64,000 nucleotides of DNA from Promethearchaeota archaeon (GCA_019058295.1 JAHPZI010000021.1:225141-289140); one strand, 5' to 3'; counted from the stretch's first letter, positions 39,804 to 49,838 are shown. Program-made: numbers and translations. The notes: generated by a model from the sequence alone, not told the origin.

Positions 39804-40430
39804 ATGACGATAAAAGCGCTAATTTTTGATTTAGGTGATGTTATTGTGGAATTAGAGTACTCGAATTTTTATAAAAAAGTAGCATCCATATCGCCTCAAA
39901 GAGAAAATTCTCTTACTCACAAGATGTTAGAATTTTTTAGACAATCTGATTTATACCATCAAGGGAAAATGAAAGATAATGAATTTTATAATCTTGCGTG
40001 TGATATATTTCAGGTATGCATGTTAGATCAGTCTGAGTTTTATGAAGCTTTTAATAGTATTGTCTCCCATCCTATATCTGAGGTGGTTGAATTACTTAAA
40101 CAATTAAAAGAAAGTAAGAAATATAAACTAATAGCTTTATCAAATGTGAATGTTAGCCACTGGAATTATATATTAGCTAAAAATTGGAAATTCTTAGAAT
40201 ATTTCGATGAGTTTATTTTATCATTCCAAGTTCATATGACAAAACCTGATCCTAAAATCTTTAAATACGCAATTGAAAAAGCTAATTGTAAACCCAAAGA
40301 AATTGTATTCGTCGATGATGGATTTAACAACGTGCGTTCAGCAAAAGCATTAGGAATGATAGGAATTCATTATACAAATGTGAAAAAATTAAAAAAAGAG
40401 TTTGAAACACTAAAAATAATGTTAAATTAA
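39804..40430 (+). CDS. HAD-superfamily phosphatase (YihX-like)
   Basis: FDLGDVI, LSN, KPDPKIF, FVDD. Confidence 0.88.
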   Translation: MTIKALIFDLGDVIVELEYSNFYKKVASISPQRENSLTHKMLEFFRQSDLYHQGKMKDNEFYNLACDIFQVCMLDQSEFYEAFNSIVSHPISEVVELLKQLKESKKYKLIALSNVNVSHWNYILAKNWKFLEYFDEFILSFQVHMTKPDPKIFKYAIEKANCKPKEIVFVDDGFNNVRSAKALGMIGIHYTNVKKLKKEFETLKIMLN

Positions 40431-40951
40431 ATCTCCATGGTTTTTAGGCACGATTTTGCGATAGAAGTAAACGCTTTCTCAACATTATCTCCTGTCTTTG
40501 CAGATGTTTCTAAATAATCGCACCCTAGCCTTTTTGCTAAATCTATGGCTTCTGCTTCATCTACTTGACGTTCCAAATCGCTTTTATTGCCCAACAAAAT
40601 CATAGGAATGTTTTTTTTAACTGTTTTTTTTATAGATGAGACCCACCCTGGAATCTTCAAAAGCGATTGGGGACGGGTGAGGTCATATACTCCTAAAGCT
40701 GCATTACTCCCTTTAAAATAGATCGTACGAAGTTTATGGAATTGAGGTTGTCCTCCAATATCCCAGAGCAGTAATCTAATATCTTTTTCATCAACGTTAA
40801 CATCTTTAATTAGGAAATTAGAACCGATAGTTTTTTTCAATTCCTCAGAAAAATTATCTTTTACGAAACGTAAAAGAAGACTGGTCTTCCCAACGCCTCC
40901 GGGACCAAATAATGTCACCTTAAACTTATATTCTGAATTTATTTCAGTGAT
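40427..40951 (-). CDS. Rab-like small GTPase; start probably ATC 40951 (first canonical codon is GTG 40918)
   Basis: EYKFKVTLFGPGGVGKTS, TIG, WDIGGQ, GNKSD, ETSAK; no C-terminal prenylation motif. Confidence 0.9.
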   Translation of the reverse strand: MTEINSEYKFKVTLFGPGGVGKTSLLLRFVKDNFSEELKKTIGSNFLIKDVNVDEKDIRLLLWDIGGQPQFHKLRTIYFKGSNAALGVYDLTRPQSLLKIPGWVSSIKKTVKKNIPMILLGNKSDLERQVDEAEAIDLAKRLGCDYLETSAKTGDNVEKAFTSIAKSCLKTMEI

Positions 40952-41117
40952 ATCAATAACCTTTTCAAAGTTAATAAAAATTGATCTTGTGTTTCTTCTT
41001 TAATTATTATTTGATATTATTCTTTATAGATATTTATATGTTTATAATAATATTCAACAAAAAATTATTTTTAATCTAATTTGGAAACAATTATTATAAT
41101 TTTTATTTTTTGATTGA

Positions 41118-42470
41118 TTATTTAATTTCCTTCTTTTTTTTAAAAGTTTCCTTAATTTTTTCTTTTGCAGCGGAAACTTCTTTCACTACAAATCCTTCAA
41201 TCTTTTTCGCTTCTTTTTTCACACTTTCGCCTGTCTTTTGTCCTATTCTACCTATTTGTATCATGATCCATTCAGGGGATCCAACACCGTTACCGTATTC
41301 ATTCCAGATATACATTAAGAATCCAAGAAAGCCAATATAAGCTAAGCATACAAAAGGGAAGATAACGATATTAAATTGTCCAATAAACAACATGAGAAAA
41401 ATATACTCAACTAAAAATAAACTCAATGATGTTTTTCCGTAATATTCTATCATGCTTGTAAATTTATTATCATGGTTTTTAATATCTATGAGATAAAAAC
41501 AAATAGCAATAATTAGGAGCGCAGCACCTTGGTTATAAAACATATTTCCAATAGTACCTCTTATTAAGAATTCAGGCATACCCCGAAAGTGATAATAATT
41601 TTGTTGATTCATAATTGTATATAATCTTAAGTGAGGATATTCAGATTCCACCATCGTTTGAGGAGTTTGTAATTGCCAACCTAATATTAATCCAGATATG
41701 ATAAATATTAGCCCCCAAATTAGAAATAATCGAAATAAGTGGAAATAAGCATCTTCAGTCCCCAACATCATGGCATCATAAAGATATTCACCAAATATAC
41801 TTGAAATGAAGCAAACTGCAAGCCAAGGGAAAAGTGTTATTTCGGGAGTTGGTGATGTAACAATAAAATGTATAAGCCATATAAATAGATTAGAATCCTT
41901 TTCTAAATAGAGAAATTCTCTAAAAAATGGTGAAATGAGAATAATAATAATGCCTATAATCGCACGGGGCCATTTTTTCAATTTTACAGCGTAATATGTG
42001 AAAATTTGAGAAAAACCAATAAACATAAGAATGTTCCAACCCCATATATTGAAAGGAAATGAAATATCAGGACGTACGGCACTCAAACCTATTAGATTAA
42101 ATAGCATTCCGATTACTATAATCGTAAGTCCGCGAGAAAAGATTCTGTTTCGAATAACTTTATCTGGCAATCTCCCTTGTTTTCTCCTAATACTGAAAAT
42201 TACACTAAGAGCTGACAGAAAAATGAATAAGGAGGGGCCCAATATATCAAGTACAGAGTAAACCATACCATGTATATATATCCAATCGGAATCGAACCAT
42301 ACCATCGATGTATGAGCAAGGATTATAAATACAATCGCAAAACCCTTGACGAAATCTATTGATTTAATTCTTTGGGGAGATGCATAATCTCGAATATCTT
42401 CAATTGGTATCTCTTGTTTAAGATAGCTTATAAGATCAGACTTGGGTTTTTTTTCTTCTTCTTCTGACAT
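41118..42470 (-). CDS. Membrane acyltransferase (HGSNAT catalytic / DUF1624-like)
   Basis: RIKSIDFVKGFAIVFIILAH, FIFLS, WNIL, LFPWL, GKTSL; many TM segments. Confidence 0.78.
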   Translation of the reverse strand: MSEEEEKKPKSDLISYLKQEIPIEDIRDYASPQRIKSIDFVKGFAIVFIILAHTSMVWFDSDWIYIHGMVYSVLDILGPSLFIFLSALSVIFSIRRKQGRLPDKVIRNRIFSRGLTIIVIGMLFNLIGLSAVRPDISFPFNIWGWNILMFIGFSQIFTYYAVKLKKWPRAIIGIIIILISPFFREFLYLEKDSNLFIWLIHFIVTSPTPEITLFPWLAVCFISSIFGEYLYDAMMLGTEDAYFHLFRLFLIWGLIFIISGLILGWQLQTPQTMVESEYPHLRLYTIMNQQNYYHFRGMPEFLIRGTIGNMFYNQGAALLIIAICFYLIDIKNHDNKFTSMIEYYGKTSLSLFLVEYIFLMLFIGQFNIVIFPFVCLAYIGFLGFLMYIWNEYGNGVGSPEWIMIQIGRIGQKTGESVKKEAKKIEGFVVKEVSAAKEKIKETFKKKKEIK

Positions 42471-42652
42471 TTTATTATTAATAATAAAACTTAGTTCCTT
42501 AAAAATCTAAAATTTCTTTATACATACTTTGAAATTAGTTTATTTTTTTATGATTTGAATATCTTCTGTAAAATGCTATTAATAAATATAATCATATTAA
42601 GAATGGATTATTATTATCATTAAATTATGGTAGTTTTACCATTTTCTTGTTT

Positions 42653-43957
42653 TTATTGATTTAATAAAGTAAAATTATTCCTTTTTAAGACATTTATAAT
42701 TTCGGCCATTCTTTTTTTTGAAGATTTGGAATCTTTTGTTTTAGTAGCGATAAAACAAGAATATTGATTATTTTTGTCATGATTTGAATTATGAAATTTA
42801 ATTGGAGGAGTAACTAGCTCAGGAATTTCTTTCATTAATATTGAAATATTATCATTCATTACATCTGGGTCTGTTTCATTATTGAGAGAATTTAATTCTA
42901 TTCTTGAAAATTGTGAAAAATTTTTTAAATTTATTTCGCAAGAACTTAAAGATTTAAATTTTGCATCCCAAATCAGTTCGGCTGTGTTATTTTCTATAAC
43001 ATTTCGTATCCCAATGTATGAAGTCGTTAATCTTGGATTTATTTCTATGAAATATTTTGTTTTATCTGCTTTTTCTATAAAATCAATTCCATAGTAGCCA
43101 GAAAATTTTGAAAGATTTATTTTATCAAAAAGAATATTTAATGTATTTCTGATTTGTTTACAATTTTCAATAGGAGTATGGCCCCCAAAATATTTAGATT
43201 CGCTATTTTGATTTTTTATTTGGAGATTTTGAGTGTTTACACTTAAAATTATATCGTTATTTGAATTACCTATTAAAGATATACTTAAATCTCTGCCTTC
43301 AATAAATTCTTGAAGGATAAAATTTCTGTTGATCTCTAGGTTATCATCATTTTTATAAAAAAAGTCGATAATTTGCTGCTTATTTTCGAAATAAAAGATA
43401 TTTTCAGCTCCTACACCATCTTCTGGCTTTATTACAATAGGACTTTTTATTTTCTTAAATTTTTGAATAATGAAGTCTTTATCTAATTTGCCGTTTTTAC
43501 TAGGAATCAAATGGGTTCTAGGAGTGTTAACGTTGTTTGCTTTAAGGAACTTATAAGTTTTAAATTTTGATGTACCGAGCTTAATTCCTTCTAGATCTAC
43601 ACTTAGAAGTTTTTTATCATTATCTTTAACAATTTTAGTTAAGTCGAACAGAATATTGGAGAATTCTGGAGCAATTATGTAGGAATATTCACTTTCTTTA
43701 ACAAATTTTTTAAATTTTTTAATATAATTATCATGAAATTCTACTTGTTCAATAAAGTCGGCTTTTAAGTACTTAATTAAGGATTTTTGGATTCTATAAT
43801 CCAAAAGAGTATTTATTTCAAAATCTAACAATTTAAAATCTGCTATGATTGATCTTAGCATCCCATATCCTTCGCAAAATAGAGAGGCCGGGATGTCAAC
43901 TTGATTAAAGCCTCCACCTGAGACGAATTCAAATAAAAAAATATTACTTTTCTTCAT
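42653..43957 (-). CDS. ATP-grasp ligase, MfnD (tyramine--glutamate ligase)-like
   Basis: FEFVSGGG, EGYGML, IIAPE, KPEDGVGA, QEFIEG, GYYGIDF, IEINPRLTTSY. Confidence 0.8.
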   Translation of the reverse strand: MKKSNIFLFEFVSGGGFNQVDIPASLFCEGYGMLRSIIADFKLLDFEINTLLDYRIQKSLIKYLKADFIEQVEFHDNYIKKFKKFVKESEYSYIIAPEFSNILFDLTKIVKDNDKKLLSVDLEGIKLGTSKFKTYKFLKANNVNTPRTHLIPSKNGKLDKDFIIQKFKKIKSPIVIKPEDGVGAENIFYFENKQQIIDFFYKNDDNLEINRNFILQEFIEGRDLSISLIGNSNNDIILSVNTQNLQIKNQNSESKYFGGHTPIENCKQIRNTLNILFDKINLSKFSGYYGIDFIEKADKTKYFIEINPRLTTSYIGIRNVIENNTAELIWDAKFKSLSSCEINLKNFSQFSRIELNSLNNETDPDVMNDNISILMKEIPELVTPPIKFHNSNHDKNNQYSCFIATKTKDSKSSKKRMAEIINVLKRNNFTLLNQ

Positions 43958-44085
43958 TTTTATGATTGTAATTTCATTTTTATGATTTTTAAAGATAAGT
44001 CTTTCATCTGTTTTAATTAAATTTAATAAAAAATAATAAATATCATACTTAACTCAAATTTAAGAAAAAACTTTAAGGTTATATT

Positions 44086-45327
44086 ATGTCGGTTTTTTTT
44101 CCAGAAAGTAAAATGCAGAGAATTAGATTTCTGCATTTCAAGATTAAGCACTTAGAAGAAGCGTTAGAAAAAGAGGAGGAGGACTTTGCTTTAGATGATT
44201 TAAACCTAATTTTAGAATATACAATGATTTTAAATGTAAACTATAAAGAAAGTAATCATAATAGAATTTTAGAAGATTTAGATATAACCTCTTTATTTCA
44301 CGATCCCGTAATGGATAAAGATATAGAAATAAATGATTTAATTTTTGAATGCGCTCGAGCTCTATGGGTTTTGGGAAAAGCTTATTCTAAACTTTCAGAA
44401 AATTTTGAAGATGAGGAAGAGTGGGAAGATGCTATAATTGCAATGGTAGAATGTAGCAAGATGTATAAAACAGCTGCTTATTTTAGTGCGGCCGCTACTA
44501 ATCAGCAAGAAAAAGGTAAAGCTCTGCTTCCTGAGAATCTAGAATTGTATTCAGAAGAAGCTCGGGTGTTGGCTCAAAGTATTGCTGCCTCAAAAGAGGA
44601 AGAAAATAATAATTTATATTTCTCCTCAAAACTATATTCAGGTCTTTCAATACTATCAAAAAGATTGTTTTACTTAAAGAAACACGATGAGATAAAAAAA
44701 CAACAAATAAGAGCTCAATTTCATTATGATATGGGAAAAGCTTGTCTTTTAAAAGCACAAGCTTCTTTAGAATCTTCTATAACAGATATAAATAAAGAAA
44801 AAGTAAAGAAGTTAAAACAAAAAGCTCAATTTTACTTTAATAAAGCTAAGGATATTTGGGAAAATATGTTAAATAATTTAAAAGGTCTTTCAAAAGAAGA
44901 GATTGAAAGTATAGACATTAATATATCCATAGTTAAAAATAATCTGAAAGCTATTGATGATGAGATTTTAGATTACGAGGAAATAAAAAGAATTCAAGAT
45001 CCCGAACCTGTTATTGTTGTTCCTGAAAATCTGGCACCATTCGTGCCTAAATCAACTGTTTATCTCACTAAATTTGTTCCAAAAGATTTAAATATTAAGA
45101 GATTTAAAAATTTTAAGAATAAAAAGCTTCAAAAAAAGATTCCGTATAGTAGAAAAGAAAAACTAATACATAAGAAAGCTGGATTAATTAGAACTCTCGC
45201 CGAATTAAAACAACTAAAGGAAAATAAAGAAATTGATGCGGAGAAATTCGCTGAGCTTATGGAAAAATATTCCACAAAACTTCAAATGATTGATACAGCC
45301 ATAGAGAAACTATCATCTAAGTCTTAA
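44086..45327 (+). CDS. All-helical protein, probable BRO1 (ALIX-like) domain plus C-terminal helical hairpin
   Basis: FHDP..., DLIFECARALWVLGKAYSKL, SKMYKTAA, LLPENLELYS...LAQ...K, SSKL follow BRO1 motif order. Confidence 0.6.
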   Translation: MSVFFPESKMQRIRFLHFKIKHLEEALEKEEEDFALDDLNLILEYTMILNVNYKESNHNRILEDLDITSLFHDPVMDKDIEINDLIFECARALWVLGKAYSKLSENFEDEEEWEDAIIAMVECSKMYKTAAYFSAAATNQQEKGKALLPENLELYSEEARVLAQSIAASKEEENNNLYFSSKLYSGLSILSKRLFYLKKHDEIKKQQIRAQFHYDMGKACLLKAQASLESSITDINKEKVKKLKQKAQFYFNKAKDIWENMLNNLKGLSKEEIESIDINISIVKNNLKAIDDEILDYEEIKRIQDPEPVIVVPENLAPFVPKSTVYLTKFVPKDLNIKRFKNFKNKKLQKKIPYSRKEKLIHKKAGLIRTLAELKQLKENKEIDAEKFAELMEKYSTKLQMIDTAIEKLSSKS

Positions 45328-45377
45328 TTTTTCTTTTTGATATTCTCATTTTTATTTAAAGAACAATTTATCTAATA

Positions 45378-45638
45378 ATGTCTGAAAAATTAGCATTATT
45401 AAAGGATATAAGAAATATATTATCGGATTTAGTTTATGTGAATGGGATAATTGCAACTGAATGTATAAGAATTACAGAAAATACCGCAGTTTTACGCCAT
45501 GGAGAAGAATTCTTAAATAACAGTTCATGTATCCAAGAACATAATCTATTAAATGAACGGATTGTTGGTATTGTAAAAAAGTACTGTGATGAGACTACAA
45601 GCTTAGAAAAACATGTTTTAAAACATTTGGAAAGTTAA
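45378..45638 (+). CDS. Hypothetical protein
   Basis: 86 aa helical ORF with several His/Cys, co-oriented with neighbours. Confidence 0.6.
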   Translation: MSEKLALLKDIRNILSDLVYVNGIIATECIRITENTAVLRHGEEFLNNSSCIQEHNLLNERIVGIVKKYCDETTSLEKHVLKHLES

Positions 45639-45683
45639 TTAATATTAAAATATAGAAGTAATATAAATTGATTTGGTTATATA

Positions 45684-46430
45684 ATGGTTGATATTAAAAT
45701 AGAAAATGTTGATATTCCAATAGAAGAAGAGAATTTTTGTCTTAAGGGTTCTATCTATTACACTGAAAATACACCTCCCAAAGCTCCATGGGTTATAGTT
45801 TTAGCAGGGCTATTATATCACAGAGAAACCAAATTTGTAAAATCTTATACTGAAAGATTTGCAAATGCAGGATACTATGTATTATCCTATGATTATCGTG
45901 GGCATGGTGAAACTGTAAAAGAAACAGGAAGATTTAATTATTTTAAAATGATACCAAAAATTTATACGGACATTCATAAAGTTATCAGTTGGATATTAGA
46001 TAATCAATCTAATAGGATTTTGAACGATCAAATTATTTTATTTGGTAGGAGCGCTGGAGGAGCTATTATATTAACACATGGTTTTATAGACGAAAGAGCG
46101 AAAATTTTAATTGCTCTTTGTATAAGATATGACTATAGTACAGTAGATTTTTCAGGTAGAATTAAATATCCTCAAGATTTGCTTGAAAAAATCAGTCCTA
46201 AATATTTTTTAAAAAAAGATCTTTTAAATAATAATAGAATTTTATTGGGGCATTGCAAAGATGATGGGAGAATTCCTTTTGAAAATGTTATTCAAATTAA
46301 AGAACATCTTGGTTTAAATGATGAAAATCTCATGGTTTTTGATGATGGGGACCATTCGTTCAAGGGACATCGAGATGAATTATTTGAGTGTTGTATTGAG
46401 TTTTTAAAAAAACATTTAATAAAGAAATAA
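45684..46430 (+). CDS. Alpha/beta hydrolase
   Basis: YDYRGHGET, GRSAGG nucleophile elbow, DDGRIP, GDHSF. Confidence 0.88.
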   Translation: MVDIKIENVDIPIEEENFCLKGSIYYTENTPPKAPWVIVLAGLLYHRETKFVKSYTERFANAGYYVLSYDYRGHGETVKETGRFNYFKMIPKIYTDIHKVISWILDNQSNRILNDQIILFGRSAGGAIILTHGFIDERAKILIALCIRYDYSTVDFSGRIKYPQDLLEKISPKYFLKKDLLNNNRILLGHCKDDGRIPFENVIQIKEHLGLNDENLMVFDDGDHSFKGHRDELFECCIEFLKKHLIKK

Positions 46431-46467
46431 CAAATAACATATTAAGTGCTAAAAAATGTGAAATAAT

Positions 46468-47370
46468 ATGGAAAAATTATTGATAGTAGGTCCAGCTAGC
46501 CAGATACTTGGTGTTAAAATTGCTAAAGAATTAAACATTGAGTGTATAAGTACTGAATTCAAGACTTTCCCTGATGGAGAAAACTATTTGAGAATCAATA
46601 TTGATGATGAAACAATAATAAAGGGAAAAGAAGTAATAATTGTTCAATCAACCGGTCCAAGTTCTAGTGGAAATCAAAATAGTAGATTATTCGAACTTTT
46701 TATGATGATTGATTCCATAAAACGCATAGGAGCGGCAAAAATTATCGTTATAATCCCATATTTTGCTTATGGACGTCAAGATAAAATTTTTAGACCCGGA
46801 GAGAGCCAATTTGCCAACCTAATTATAAGAATTTTAGATTCTATGGGAATTGATGACCTCTATATAGTGGATATTCATGCTCCAGAAATTTTAGAAGAAA
46901 CCTTTTGTAAAACTATTAATATTGATTCGATGAAACCATTAGCAGAGTATATTAAATCAAAAGGAGCAAAGGATATAGTAGTTGTAGCCCCCGATAAGGG
47001 AGCAGTAGAACGATCAAAAAAATTTGCTAAATATTTTAGAGAAGATATACCAGTTGAATTCTTTGAGAAACATAGAGACGTAAAGACTGGTGAAATTACA
47101 ATGTCAGGTAAACTAAGCCTTAAGGGAAAAGATGTTGTAATATCTGATGATATCATAGCAACAGGCGGAACAATGGCTACTGCGATAAAATTGTCTAAAG
47201 AAAGTGGAGCCAAAAAAATATATGCCGTTGCAACACACGCATTGTTATTACAAAACGCGAAGTATCGGATATTGAGTGCAGGGGCTGACGAAATTATTGG
47301 TACGGATACTATAGATAACGAGGTTGCTAAAGTTTCTTTAGTAAAAACAATCGCAGATTATCTAAAATAA
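46468..47370 (+). CDS. prs: Ribose-phosphate pyrophosphokinase
   Basis: FPDGE, PYFAYGRQDK, VDIH, APDKGA, DDIIATGGT. Confidence 0.95.
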   Translation: MEKLLIVGPASQILGVKIAKELNIECISTEFKTFPDGENYLRINIDDETIIKGKEVIIVQSTGPSSSGNQNSRLFELFMMIDSIKRIGAAKIIVIIPYFAYGRQDKIFRPGESQFANLIIRILDSMGIDDLYIVDIHAPEILEETFCKTINIDSMKPLAEYIKSKGAKDIVVVAPDKGAVERSKKFAKYFREDIPVEFFEKHRDVKTGEITMSGKLSLKGKDVVISDDIIATGGTMATAIKLSKESGAKKIYAVATHALLLQNAKYRILSAGADEIIGTDTIDNEVAKVSLVKTIADYLK

Positions 47371-47382
47371 GAATTTCATTAA

Positions 47383-47925
47383 TTAATAAGTTTGAATTAT
47401 TTCTAAAACTATTTTTCTAGTCTTGGTTTGTAATTCCTCGATAGAAGATGTATTTTCTATCTTATAATCCGCTTTCTTAATCAAAGAATTTAATCCAAAT
47501 GAGATTTCCCTTTTGTCTCTTTCTCTTAATTCATCAATAGTTTTAGGGTCATCGCTACGAGCTCTTTCATATAGTCTTTTAAATCGTATTTCTTCGTCAA
47601 TAACCGTTGCGATTAAAGGAAATTTCCAAAATTTTCTAAATTCATTTACTTCGATGATAGATCGCACTCCATCAACAAAAATAATATCATTTTTAAAAGT
47701 TTTTATTAACTCAACACATTTTATGGCAATAATTTCTTGTCCCCACTTGTCTCGTAGCTCTTTGGCAATTTTTCCTATATTTTCTCCTGTTGGGTCAATT
47801 CCCCTTATTTTTGCTTCATTCCGTATTACATCTCCCATTGTTATAACTTTACCTAAATCACGAATTGCATCTATTGCCGTTGACTTACCTGACCCGGGGA
47901 GTCCCGTGAAACCTATTATTTTCAA
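47383..47925 (-). CDS. P-loop nucleotide kinase (UPF0200 / dephospho-CoA kinase-like)
   Basis: GLPGSGKS, MGDVIR, DGVRS, RARSDD, RDKRE. Confidence 0.85.
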   Translation of the reverse strand: MKIIGFTGLPGSGKSTAIDAIRDLGKVITMGDVIRNEAKIRGIDPTGENIGKIAKELRDKWGQEIIAIKCVELIKTFKNDIIFVDGVRSIIEVNEFRKFWKFPLIATVIDEEIRFKRLYERARSDDPKTIDELRERDKREISFGLNSLIKKADYKIENTSSIEELQTKTRKIVLEIIQTY

Positions 47926-48033
47926 ATTAAAAAAATTAATTTATTAAATATTATTTATATATAAATTTAAGATTTAAATTCTATTTAGTCTTAATGATAG
48001 GATTATTAAAAAAAACGTATAAAAAAAAACATT

Positions 48034-49143
48034 ATGGTTGTAGATCCTGCTTCTGCTCCCGTTTGTCTTAAGTATAAAGCATATAAAAGAATGGTTGGAT
48101 ATGCAATTAGATATGCTAACAATCATTTAGAACAGAAAAAATGGAAAGAAGTTTATGGAATTTTAGTTGGCTCTGTTGAAAAAGAAACTAAAGTGATTGT
48201 TAAAGATGCTATACCTATGATTGTCGGTGATAGAGCTGGAGTCAAATATGAAAATAAAACATATGTAGATATGGCTCAAATTGATGCATCAGTTTATGAA
48301 CGCTCAATTCAAGACAAAAAAAATGATTTTATTATTGGTTGGTGGCATACACACCCGGGTTTTGCTTTCTTTTTTTCGGATGTTGATAAAATAACTCATC
48401 TAGGTTATCAAAGTCCTAACCCATTTGGTGTTGCATTGATTTTTGATCATTGCGAAAAAAATCAAGAATCATTAGGTGTAGCAGCATTAAGATTGAAAAA
48501 ACCAGAGAGAGGAATTTTTAGTACGCATCAACTTGTGAAATTGGATTATGATCTTGAATTAGAAGAAATAAATCAAAAGATTGAAAAAGCAATTGAAAAA
48601 ATAGATAAAAATATGAGAAAGATCCTTAAAGAATTAAAATATATCCAAGATGTTTTAATAGAAAAGGGATTTAAACTCCTCCAGAAAAATTATGGATTAT
48701 CATTAATCCCAAAAAAAGATATAACAGCTTTGGATGAAAATGAGCTGGAAACAGAGGATATAGATGATTCCTACGTATGGGATCCAGAATATTTCAAAAA
48801 ATCATACCAGATACCTAAATTTAGAGAAAAAATTGAAATTGAAATAAAAAATTGTCAAGAAATTTTAAAGAAGTTATTAAAAGAGGAAGATACAGCTAAA
48901 TTTAAAGCGAACAAAAGCAAATTCAAAAAAAAATTAAAAAATATGTTAATAAAACCAAATGAACTTTATAACAAGATTACAAACGAATTCATTAAAAAAA
49001 TTGATATTATAAGTCCATATTATGATTATTTAGACACCGATGAAAGATTAATTGTCGAAAAATATGAAGAAAATATGAATAAATATCATTCAATCTTAAC
49101 GAAAATTAATAAAAAAGCTGAATTAAATTTAAAAGCTAAATAA
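48034..49143 (+). CDS. JAB1/MPN (JAMM) metalloprotease with C-terminal coiled coil
   Basis: EVYGIL...GWWHTHPGFAFFFSDVD = E-x(n)-HxH-x7-S-x2-D. Confidence 0.88.
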   Translation: MVVDPASAPVCLKYKAYKRMVGYAIRYANNHLEQKKWKEVYGILVGSVEKETKVIVKDAIPMIVGDRAGVKYENKTYVDMAQIDASVYERSIQDKKNDFIIGWWHTHPGFAFFFSDVDKITHLGYQSPNPFGVALIFDHCEKNQESLGVAALRLKKPERGIFSTHQLVKLDYDLELEEINQKIEKAIEKIDKNMRKILKELKYIQDVLIEKGFKLLQKNYGLSLIPKKDITALDENELETEDIDDSYVWDPEYFKKSYQIPKFREKIEIEIKNCQEILKKLLKEEDTAKFKANKSKFKKKLKNMLIKPNELYNKITNEFIKKIDIISPYYDYLDTDERLIVEKYEENMNKYHSILTKINKKAELNLKAK

Positions 49144-49263
49144 AGAGAAAATACTTCTTTTAAAAATAAGTTTTATATAATTAGAAATATACTATTTATT
49201 GTATAACTTTTTTTGATTAAGATTTGTTATATACTTTTTAAGAACTTAAGATTCTGACCTTAT

Positions 49264-49605
49264 ATGGCTCCTAACCAAACTACTTTATTCATAAAAAATA
49301 GAAGGGATAAAGATCGAATCATCAAAGATGCGATATTTGCCTTTTCTGGAGGACATAAAGCGCTTCTAATCAAGGGCGAGGGAGAGGAAATATCAACTGC
49401 GGTTGAGATTGCCGAAATTCTAAAAAATAGATTATACCCTGGCATTGAAATAGGAAATGTCAATTTAGGAAGCCGACCTTTTTTCATAAAAAGGCAAAGA
49501 GGTAATAATAATCGAAATAAAAATAATCGAAATAAAAATAATCGAAATGAAAAAGATATAATTTCTAAAATAGAAATTTTACTAAAAACTAAATCTATCA
49601 CGTAA
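49264..49605 (+). CDS. Alba-family DNA/RNA-binding protein (divergent)
   Basis: LLIKGEGEEISTAVEIAEILKNR, VNLGS and ISKIEILL match Alba motifs. Confidence 0.78.
   Translation: MAPNQTTLFIKNRRDKDRIIKDAIFAFSGGHKALLIKGEGEEISTAVEIAEILKNRLYPGIEIGNVNLGSRPFFIKRQRGNNNRNKNNRNKNNRNEKDIISKIEILLKTKSIT
49507..49551 (+). repeat. In-frame 15-bp tandem repeat (AATAATCGAAATAAA x3, last copy ends GAA) encoding NNRNK
   Basis: Read directly from the sequence. Confidence 0.9.
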
Positions 49606-49649
49606 TCTTTATTGTTGTTATAAGAAAAAAACCAAAATAGTGTAATTTT

Positions 49650-49832
49650 ATGACAATTGATTTTAAAAATTTGGGACCTATGATTAAGGAGGAAAGATTA
49701 CCTGCTACCTGTGAGAAATGCGGAAATTACATTTACAAATGTTATTTCCACGATTCTAATTCAAAAGGTAATGTAAAAGTTGTCTTTGTTTGTAAAAACT
49801 GCCATAATAATTCAAAAAAAAAGGTACTTTAA
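49650..49832 (+). CDS. Small zinc-ribbon protein
   Basis: CEKC...CKNC. Confidence 0.6.
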   Translation: MTIDFKNLGPMIKEERLPATCEKCGNYIYKCYFHDSNSKGNVKVVFVCKNCHNNSKKKVL

Positions 49833-49838
49833 TACTTT

